The translations under genes and the position numbers were made by a program. 64,000 nt of DNA, taken from Candidatus Omnitrophota bacterium (GTDB lineage: Bacteria; Omnitrophota; Gorgyraeia; Duberdicusellales; 4484-171). The stretch lies in contig PMCS01000025.1 in assembly GCA_003154195.1 (NCBI GenBank), forward strand, positions 16,662 through 80,661. The letters run 5' to 3'. The stretch's first letter is position 1; each line of letters begins with the position of its first letter. The notes below the pieces were generated by a model, which saw nothing but the letters and a program-made list of their open reading frames with translations, searched no databases and had not been told where the DNA came from. Shown one piece after another: positions 1 through 9,600 of this stretch.

Positions 1-18
1 TTCAGACAACCGCGTTTT

Positions 19-2700
19 TTACCGATTGCGGCCTAATAACTTCAACCCCTCAAACCACCCCAGGCTGGCAATACCGGCGAAAAACGCGATTGCCAGCTCA
101 CCTAAGGAAAGCGGCGCGAAATGAAAAAGACCCCGTAGAAACGGCACATAAATAACCGCCAGCAGCGCGGCCAAGGTACCGGAACAAACCCACCAAAGCG
201 CTAAATTTCGGGAACGTAAAATGTGCCCCAGACTCTGCTTCCATGAAAGATTAGTAATGATCAACAAGATATTAGCAAAGGTTAACGCGGCGAAGCTAAG
301 CGTACGCGCCTCGATTTCGCCCATCCCCCGGCGCAATGCCAGCAAAAATACGATAAAAACTACCGCCAATACGCTTAACCCCTGAAGCAAGCTGAAAATA
401 AGAGTTTTGCGGCTGAACAACGGCTCACTTAAATTGCGCGGCGGCCGATTCATAATATCTTTTTCTTCCGGGACCGATTCAAAAACTGTGGAACACGCCG
501 GGTCAATAATCAACTCTAAAAAAGCAATATGCGCCGGTAACAGCACCAGGGGAAGATTAAATACCACCGGCAAAAACGACATTCCGGCGATAGGGATATG
601 CACGGAAAAAATATAGGCGATGGCTTTTTTTAAATTATCGAAGATGCGCCGGCCCAAACGTATCGCCTGGACAATCGAAGAGAAATCGTCGTTAAGCAAA
701 ACAATCGCCGAAGCTTCGCGTGCCACATCGGTGCCGCGCTCACCCATCGCTACTCCGATATGCGCCGCCTTCAAGGCCGGGGCATCGTTAACGCCGTCGC
801 CGGTCATCGCCACGACTTCGCCGTTGGCCTTAAGCGCGTTGACAATCGCCAACTTCTGCTCCGGCACCACCCGGGCAAAAATATTCGCCTCTTTGATTCT
901 TTCCCGCAAAGCGAGAAAATCCAACGCTTCCATTTCCGGGCCGGTAATATATTTTTCCGGATTACGTAAACCTATCTGCCTTGCTATATGCTGAGCCGTT
1001 CCGGGATAATCACCGGTAATCATAATCACGCGCACACCCGCGTTATAAGCCTCCTGTACCGAATTAGGAACAATCTTGCGTACCGGATCGACCATCCCGA
1101 TAAAACCAATAAATTCAAAATCGAAATCGTGCTGGTTTTTAGGAAGCTCGCCCTTAGCAAAGATTGCCTTAGCTACGCCCAAAACGCGCAACCCTTTATC
1201 CGCCATTAACGTGATTTTATCTCCCAGGGCAACCCTGGCCGCCGCGTCGATGTGGCATAAATCGATAATCGATTCCGGCGCGCCCTTCGCGGCGATGATG
1301 TAATTCTGCTTATCCGGCGATTCCCAGACATGGGAAAGCGCCAACAACTGTTTGGACAAAACATACTCGTGTACAAGTTGCCAGTTATTATGGATATGTT
1401 CCGTGCCCCTGAGGTATGTTTCGCCTACACGATGGATTTCTTTTTCGATGGGATCAAAAGGGTCGCGCTGGCTGGCAAGGATGCTGTATTCCACGATATT
1501 ATGAAATTCTTCCGGTAAATCATCCTGGTGAGTATCTAATTCCCAATACCGGCCGCGGGTAAACCCCGTTAGAGAACTATGTTCTTTTACCTCGTTATAA
1601 AATTCTTTTCTAACAGGGCGCGACGGCGGCATATCCGCCGAAGACGGAAGAACCCCAGGCTGAAAACCATCATCTTTGTCGGCAACTTTCTCTAACGGGG
1701 TAAACAACCCGGACAACTTCATGGAATTCAAGGTGAGAGTGCCGGTTTTATCGGTGCACAATACCGTCGCCGCGCCTAAAGTTTCTACCACGGCGGCGCG
1801 GCGAGTCAATACGCGATGGCGGGACATCCGCCACGCGCCCAGGGTAAGAAAAATAATCAAAACTACGGGAAACTCTTCCGGCAGCATTGCCATACTCAAA
1901 GTCAGCCCCGAAAGTACACCTTGTATCCAATTACCGCGCGTCAATCCGTAGATAACAACAATCAATAAACACAGGATCGCCCCGGCAATACTGAAATTAC
2001 GCACAATACGGCCGGTTTCTTTCTGCAGCAGTGTCCGCTCTTCGGTAATTTTCCCCAGCGTTTTACCGATTTTTCCCATCTCAGTCGCCGCGCCGATTGA
2101 AATGACTTTCGCCGCGCCACGGCCCTGCACGACAAGGGTGCCGGAAAAAACAAACGGCAGGTCATCGCCACCCGGCCGCTTCACCGCCTCCTTGCCGTCC
2201 CATACCGACTTGCGTACCGCTGCCGATTCACCGGTCAACAGCGATTCATCTACCGAAAGATTGGAACAAAATAATACCACCGCGTCAGCGGGAACGCGGT
2301 CTCCTTCTTTAAGGATAATAATATCTTCCCTGACTACTTCCCGGCCCGAAATACGCTTCTGTTCTCCGTCGCGTATCACCAGCGCCCGGGGACTGGATAA
2401 GTTCTTTAAAGCCTGCAAGGCACGCTCGGTTTTATTTTCCTGATAAAAAGTAATACCCACCACTACCACGACAAACGACAGCAGCATCGCCGCGTCGCTT
2501 ACTTCGCCCAGGAAAAAATAAATCGCGCCGCTGCCCAGCAAAAGAAGCAGCATCGGTTCGCTTAAAACATGCCCTAAAATAGCGAATACATTACGCTTCT
2601 TTTGCGATGGTAATTCGTTATAGCCTTCCGTCTCAAAACGACGGGAAACCACTTCTTCCGAAAGCCCCGATATGTTCTTAACGTCAAATTCAACGTTCAT
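19..2700 (-). CDS. Cation-translocating P-type ATPase (Ca2+/type II-like) with a 47-aa in-frame palindromic insertion
   Basis: Motifs TGES, PEEFP, DKTGTLT, KGAPE, MITGD, TGDGVNDAPALK. ATG at 2700 has AGGGA upstream and is preferred over the ORF-track start at 2742. Confidence 0.95.
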   Translation of the reverse strand: MNVEFDVKNISGLSEEVVSRRFETEGYNELPSQKKRNVFAILGHVLSEPMLLLLLGSGAIYFFLGEVSDAAMLLSFVVVVVGITFYQENKTERALQALKNLSSPRALVIRDGEQKRISGREVVREDIIILKEGDRVPADAVVLFCSNLSVDESLLTGESAAVRKSVWDGKEAVKRPGGDDLPFVFSGTLVVQGRGAAKVISIGAATEMGKIGKTLGKITEERTLLQKETGRIVRNFSIAGAILCLLIVVIYGLTRGNWIQGVLSGLTLSMAMLPEEFPVVLIIFLTLGAWRMSRHRVLTRRAAVVETLGAATVLCTDKTGTLTLNSMKLSGLFTPLEKVADKDDGFQPGVLPSSADMPPSRPVRKEFYNEVKEHSSLTGFTRGRYWELDTHQDDLPEEFHNIVEYSILASQRDPFDPIEKEIHRVGETYLRGTEHIHNNWQLVHEYVLSKQLLALSHVWESPDKQNYIIAAKGAPESIIDLCHIDAAARVALGDKITLMADKGLRVLGVAKAIFAKGELPKNQHDFDFEFIGFIGMVDPVRKIVPNSVQEAYNAGVRVIMITGDYPGTAQHIARQIGLRNPEKYITGPEMEALDFLALRERIKEANIFARVVPEQKLAIVNALKANGEVVAMTGDGVNDAPALKAAHIGVAMGERGTDVAREASAIVLLNDDFSSIVQAIRLGRRIFDNLKKAIAYIFSVHIPIAGMSFLPVVFNLPLVLLPAHIAFLELIIDPACSTVFESVPEEKDIMNRPPRNLSEPLFSRKTLIFSLLQGLSVLAVVFIVFLLALRRGMGEIEARTLSFAALTFANILLIITNLSWKQSLGHILRSRNLALWWVCSGTLAALLAVIYVPFLRGLFHFAPLSLGELAIAFFAGIASLGWFEGLKLLGRNR
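1563..1701. mobile_element. MITE/REP-like palindromic element inserted in frame in the ATPase
   Basis: Perfect 14-bp inverted repeat ACCCCGTTAGAGAA (1563-1576) / TTCTCTAACGGGGT (1688-1701). GGGTAAAC recurs directly at 1557 and 1698, 141 bp apart. Confidence 0.8.
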
Positions 2701-2722
2701 GCTATCCCTACGGTATTGTTGG

Positions 2723-3469
2723 TTATCTTCCCTGAACGTCAAGAATCTTTGTGCGTTTTTTTAAAAACAGTAAAATAAAATATATCGTCAGCGAAACACT
2801 AAAAAAAATAACCCAGGCGGCATCGAGCACGATCTTTCTTACGGTGATAAAATCCGCCGCCGCGTCAAGGAAGAAAAAAAACGCGACGATGGCGATAAAG
2901 GTCGAAAATTCCCGGCGCAAAACTGTTTTTCCGGAGAACGGCAGATCCGGTTTCTGCCAATTCCCGAAACGGGGGAAAAAAATCGGCGTGCCCTGCGCCC
3001 AATTCAAAAAAACATCGCCGAATTTCGCGCGCAGGAATTCCTCCTCGACAAAAATTATTCTTTCGTAATACAAAAGAAAGCCCGCCGTGCTGACAAGGAC
3101 AAACCACCAAACTTGAACGAAGAAAAATATTCCCAGCATGATCACAAAATTTCCCAGGTATAAAGGGTTACGGACAATCGAATACATGCCTTTGGTATTA
3201 AGCGTTTCCGCCACCTGGTCTTTCGTATTCCTGCCGGAAGTACCCCGCGGCGCGTATCCGGCGACAAAACACCGGATTGCAAGGCCGGCGAAAGACACCG
3301 CGACACAAAATATTTCCCACGCGTTATCTACGGCGTCGCCAAATGTGCGCTTCAGATATTCCGAATCTCTTAACGCGATCGCGAAAACAGGCAGGGCCAG
3401 CAACGGGAGATAACTCCTCCAGCGAAAAAGGAACTCACCCTGTTTGCTCATTTCTTCCCGTAAAGCCAT
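2723..3469 (-). CDS. Isoprenylcysteine carboxyl methyltransferase-family membrane protein, similar to lipid A 1-phosphate methyltransferase LmtA
   Basis: N-terminus MALREE..QG.FLFRWRSY; GTSGRNT; G.YS.VRNPLYLGN; EE.FL..KFG; multiple TM helices; RBS AGGAGG. Confidence 0.8.
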   Translation of the reverse strand: MALREEMSKQGEFLFRWRSYLPLLALPVFAIALRDSEYLKRTFGDAVDNAWEIFCVAVSFAGLAIRCFVAGYAPRGTSGRNTKDQVAETLNTKGMYSIVRNPLYLGNFVIMLGIFFFVQVWWFVLVSTAGFLLYYERIIFVEEEFLRAKFGDVFLNWAQGTPIFFPRFGNWQKPDLPFSGKTVLRREFSTFIAIVAFFFFLDAAADFITVRKIVLDAAWVIFFSVSLTIYFILLFLKKRTKILDVQGR

Positions 3470-3675
3470 TGACGCACCTCCTTAAAAATCCAGAAAATTA
3501 TTTTCCTTAGATGAATACGAAAGGTATCCCGTGAGAAAAATAAAAGACTTTGTGGTGGAAACAAAAAAATCAATAAAATCTATTTTAACCCAAAAAACGC
3601 GATTTCCAAGAGCATTTTATAAAAAATTCCTCACCGGCATTTTTTGAATTGAAGAGGATAATTATGGCAAGACGA

Positions 3676-6600
3676 TTACGGCAGTTTGCTGTATTGTTTA
3701 AGCGGCGGCTCTTGACCGGAAATGCCTAAGGCGGTTTTAAGATCTTTTACTTCCTCCATCCCCATGATTTCTACCCGAAATCCGCCGAAGTTGTTGAAAT
3801 CAATAGATGGTAGATGATAGATAGCAGACGGTAGATTGGAAACCCCTGAAGACGCATTGATATTTTTAGTTTTTATCTGCTTATCTGACATCTGACTATC
3901 CACAGTTTTCACTTCCAGATTCAGCTTATCCGCTTTTAAATCGATACCGCCAGAGGGGCTATTCGTCGGACTTAAAGCAGAAGACGACGCTACACCATTT
4001 CGCACGGCGACCTTCGATGCTTCAAGATTTTTTTTAACTTTTTCTCTGCCCCAACTCAAATAGTTCATAACCGAACTTTTGGTAAGCTGCAAAATTTTAC
4101 CTATCTCTTTACACTTAAACCCATAAATATAATAAAGAACAAGGGACTCGCGCTCCTTGTCGGGTAATCCGCTCAGGCATCCTTCCAACTGTTCCCTTTG
4201 TATGATATTATGCTCTGTCCCCGGCGCTCGATCGATAACTTGGCGGGCAACGCCGGTCATCTGTTCGTCATCCAACGACAATACTCTATTATTGCGTTTT
4301 TTCCGCGTCCGCATTTCATCGATGCACGTGTAAATCGCTATCCTGCGCAGATACGGAAGGAATCTTCCCTTATCCTGATATGACCCTGAGCGCAGCAATT
4401 TAACTAATTTAGCAAAAATCTCTTGCACTGCGTCACTAGCTGCGTCGCTATCACCATTAAGTTGCTTAACACAGATGTTAAAAATAGCTTGCCAGTAAAG
4501 AGCATACAACTTATTAAAACACTTATCATCCCCGCTCAAAAACCCGGCAATAAGCTGCCCGGCAATCGCTTCTTGAGCATCGAAGCGCCTATACCTATCC
4601 GCCCGGCTTAACGGGCTGGATGTTTTCGGCTCAGCGCCGCCAACCGGAGCTTTGCCGCCTGATTTTTCTTTACTCCCATCTCCTTTCCCGCGTATTGCTT
4701 CTAAACCCGCCTCTGCCCGGTAATGGTCGATGTTTTCGAAAGCTTCGATTGCGGCGGCGCGGACCTGCGGGTGTTCATCATTAAGCGCGTCGCCGATTAC
4801 CCTGTTCACCTCATCAGCAACCGGCGATCGTAAATCATCTGGTTTTACTTTACCCAACGCTTCGATAACGGCAATGCGGACAACCGGGGCAGTGCCGTTG
4901 TCGTAAAATGCTTTTGCCAGGGACGGCAATGCTCTGGGATCGCGCTCTTCGCCGACACGCCACGCGGCAAGGGCGCGCTCTTGAGGGTCTCCCTCATTAT
5001 CCACAAACATCCTGCCGAGGAGTGAATCAAAAGAACCCGGTAATCCTGCGACAAGCTCTTCAAGGGATTGCCGCTTTTCGCCGGCACGACTGGGCTCCCT
5101 GCTTTGTCTTACCTGTTTTTCATCCCCTTCTCCCCTGCCGCCCCTTTTCTCCTTTTCCGAAATACTTTTCATTTCTTCTAATAATTGGCTTACCCGCCCA
5201 GGGCCTTCACTTGTATTTTCCAGTATATCCTTACTTGTTAATAGTCTTGCCCATAGCAAAAGTAAAGAATCAAGAACTTCCGGGCTATGTTCCCCGTCGC
5301 TGGTAAGCGTTACCGTAACCTCATGCTTAAATTCTACAACCAACGAAAGCAATAACCTAATATCTGTAGGTTGGTCACCCACAAGAGTAACGCTTACCCC
5401 ATTATTATTATTATTGGTAATGTGTACCGCAATATCGGAAAATGATTCTTTCATTTGGGAAGAAAATCTAGCCGCCACCGTCGAGGGCCACCCATGAATC
5501 CCCCTCGAATTCATCACCTTAATATCCAGCCAAGCTTCAACCGGGCTGGCGGCCAGCTTTACTCCTTCATACCATTTATCAACATTCGCCTGGCGCCGCG
5601 CTTTTTCTTTATCCCGGTCGATCCTGACGATGGGATAAATCCCTTCTTCTGTGCCATCAGGCCATTTTGCGATAAAGGCATTCTGGTTACCCGCGGGTAA
5701 AACTCCCTGGTAGCCGATGCCCTGCACCGGCTCATCCAGCTTGATATCACGAATATCCGTCCAGGTTCCATCGGGATGGATGACCCCGGCATGAATTTGA
5801 GCCGGCGCCTGCGCCTGAATCGTTACCGCCTCATTTTTAGGGGCCGCAAAATATATGCGAGCGGATTTATCGCTCCAAACCGGTTCCCGGGCCAACGAAG
5901 CCTCAATCGACGACCGGGCGGTCTTCTGGTACAACTTGGGAAAAAGCAAACTTAACGCGCGCAGGTTCTCAAAAATGCTCCAGGCTTGTTTATAGGCGCC
6001 GGTCTTATTGTATTCGGTTTCTAAATTATTATCTCCGCTGAATATCTCGGCAATGCCGTGAAGGTCCCTCAGCTGTTTGGCCAAACCGGAAAAATAACCT
6101 TTTTCCGCCAATAACCGAATTGTTTTTTCCCGGCCGTAAACGCGGATACAAGCCTGTATGCCGATGCCGCTTAAATGCGTCCAGACCAAACCCTGGTGAT
6201 AGGCCTCCTCCTTGTTACCGTCAGTCCGCAGAGGCTTGTATGCCGGATCATCGCGAGAAAGCGTCCGGAACCCATATACGGTAAAAAGTTCATCCATCAT
6301 TTTATCCATTATCCGTTTTGCCTGCTCGCCCTCAACCAATCCCAGAGCAACCGCCCACATCTGGTTGGGCCGAATCATCTCCGCTTCCTTGCTATCGCCG
6401 TCGATCGTATCGTAAAGGCATCCTTTTTTTTCATTCCAGTACTTGCCGAAACTTTCCTCAGCCAGTCTGGCTCGAGCCTCATAATTTTCGCGCTTTGAAC
6501 TATCGCCGGTTCTCCCGTAAATATCCGCCATCAATGACAACGCGTTCTTCCATAAAGCGTTCACCTCACCCGGTTTACCGTAACGCGGAGTGAAAATATG

Positions 6601-9600
6601 GCCGAAACCTTCTACCATCCCATCCATCCAGGTTAAATTGGTATTCTGATTTCCGCCCTTAAGCAATCCATCGGAGTCGACGGTGATATCGATATTCCTC
6701 TCTCCTTTATCGCTGTATACCAAATGGATTCCTTCTCGATGAGCGCGCATGATATCTTCTAATATTTCCAAGATTGTAGCTTTTTTTCTATCGCCGCTAA
6801 TGCCGAAAGCAAGGCTGATCGGCGTTTGTAAAAAAGCGTAGTCGCCGGTCGCCTTTAAATATTCGCCGATTGCCCAGAACATCAACATCGTCGAGTCAAT
6901 AGAACCGGGATTGACGTTTGTTCCGTCGCCGATAAAATTCGGCAATAATCCCTGTTTAACAAATCTTATGTAAGTGCACATAATATTTTTAAACGCCTCG
7001 ACATGCCCTGTAGCGAGCAACCCCGGTAAGCTGAGCATCGTATCCCGCGACCAATTACGCAAATAAGATGTGGGGCCAAAGCTGGGAAAACCGGCAACGA
7101 TTGACCAGCCGATAGCAGGATCATAGCGGTTACTGCCATCCGACAGACGGCTGACACTGAGGGTAGGGTCAAAATAAACCATATTTTCGCCGGCTTCCAT
7201 GAGCCCGGCAAAAACATTCTGCACCCGGCGGACAAACGGCAACGCGCTGTCAAACTCATTCATCCGCTCATAGGGCGGCAATACTTCGATACGGTAATCC
7301 CGGGGCTTGTGGCCATATCGCGCCTGCTCATCATGATCCCACTGCCCGGAACCAAGCCACTTAAAAGTCATCCAGTATTCACTGCCGGTTTCAAGGCCAG
7401 GCACGGCAGCGACGTATTCACCGCTCTGCGCATTGAACCGCGCTTCAATATCCCGCGCCGGTTCGCCGTGTTTTCGAATACGCAGCATAAAAGAATTTTT
7501 ATTTCTTACGACTAAAGTTTTTCCCGAAGGCATGACAAACGTATCGGTTTTATTCTTATCGGAAAATTCCCATACCGCTTCATCGGCGCCAATATTAACC
7601 GGTCCAGAGACGCTTACTTTCTTCCTTCCTCCTTCCTTCTTCACCCCTCGGTCCCCCCCGCCCTTTGACTTGGCCACCGGGCTCGACGAACTGACGCTAT
7701 AATCCGCCGCCGGATCAAGATAAAACGCGTGAACCTGAGCTGGTTCGAGGCTGAAATACAAACCTACATAATCACCGTCAACCTTTACCGTGTCGGTCCC
7801 CGGCGTAAATGTATACCTCGGGCAATCCTTCTGATCAACCGCCCGGCTCAAATCAACCAAGTCAAAAGGTTTCGTTATATCGATATTAAAATGTTTATGA
7901 TTGATCCAAAAATGACCTTGCGCCGGGTAACCGGAAAAATTTTCGACAAAGACCATCGCGCGCTTTCCATCGGGAGAATACCGCTCAACCTGTAACGCCA
8001 CCCCCCTGCCGTGTTCGCCAAGAACTTTTATGTCGGAATTCCTGGGGTTTAACATAAAAGGGAACCTCATGCGCAAATTATTGATTATCGCTAATTCCGG
8101 GACGAGGTCAACGCCGGTATCGCGCGGCGCGTACGCCCAGAGTACTTCTTCACCAGGCGCACGATTAAAATCACGGCCGTCGCCCTGTTCCCAGCCCGGC
8201 CCCGGGCTGTATGCCGCGGAAGTCGTCCCGGCAAACCACATCCCAATCCGGCAGGCAACCGCCGGCGGAACACGATAATCCAATAAGCCGAGGATTTTCG
8301 CCGCATTGCGCCAATCGTGACTGGCCATCATCATCAGATAACGGTCCTGGTCGTTGCGCCGGCCGGTCCCATCCGGCGGCCATTGATGATTGTCTAAAGC
8401 TCGGGGACCGCCTTCGCCGTCGATTAAAATATGCCGGCTTGCAATCGTGCCATCACCGCCCTCCCCCCACTTAGCCCCCCAGTTGGTGATAATCGGCATC
8501 CAGCCCCGCTGCAGCGCGTCGCGATAAAGCTTATGTATCTCCGGCGAACCTAAAAGTTCCGGCATCATCAGCCAATCGTGCTTTTTAAATTCACCGGTAA
8601 GACTATCCCAGTACCCGGGCTTATCCCTGACCTGCCAGAGCGCGTCGCCCCTCATACCGCTAAAACCAAAATATTCCAGATATGCTACGATTTCCCTTCT
8701 CACGTAATCATAATCGGAGTATATCGCTAAAGGATCCCATTTTTTGTCGCCTACCCCGGGATTTGCCCTGCCGTTATCGACCAGTACTCCGGGGTTATGG
8801 ACCGAATCCACGCCCACAATCGAAGGGGCAACCGGATAATCGATCAGCGCCCGGACATTGTGCGCCCGGGCATCATCGACTAAATCCCTGATAAATTTAT
8901 GGAGCCAGTATTGCTCAAATAAAACAAGGTTCATTAATTTCTTATAAATCGGCAGGGCGCGGATCTGTTCGTTTGAACTCTGTAATAAATCAGAAACACG
9001 GTATTGGGGAAATCTTTTTAGAATAAATTTAAGATACCCCGGCCAGCCGTCGCGCAAAATCCTTAAAACCAGCGCGTCAGCCCCTTTATTAACCCGGCCG
9101 TCAGCCAGCGTCCGCATCGGCTTTATAAAATTTTTAGCCAGCCTATCGCGATCCGTTCTTTCCCAATACTCATATTTGGCGACTAAATCATCACCCTCGC
9201 CTTCCACTTCAGCGATATCGTGATAACCGCGATTGATGATCCAGGGACTGATCGACGCGTAAGCCGAATCATCGACAATAAATTCAAAATCACCGAAACT
9301 TCCTGTAGTCTTGTATTGCGCAATCGCCACGTCGACATCACCGGCGTACTTAGCGACATTGGCTTGAGATTTACGCTTATCCCAGTGGGCGGACATGGAA
9401 ACCGGAGATAAAAGTATCGCCGTGGCTTTCGCCTCTGCCGCCGCTTTCACCAAAGCTCGACGGTTGACATGGCCTTCCCAGTTAGCCGCTTTGGGATCAG
9501 CATAACGCGACGGCCACATCTGCAAAATCGAACCAGAAGTAGGGTTCCCGGCCGAATCAAGAAGAAACCAATCCGGAACAGGAAAATCTTTGATAATATC

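Noticed and set aside
2701-2742. ORF-track start of the ATPase at 2742
   Set aside because: It overlaps the upstream gene, and the ATG at 2700 has a better RBS.
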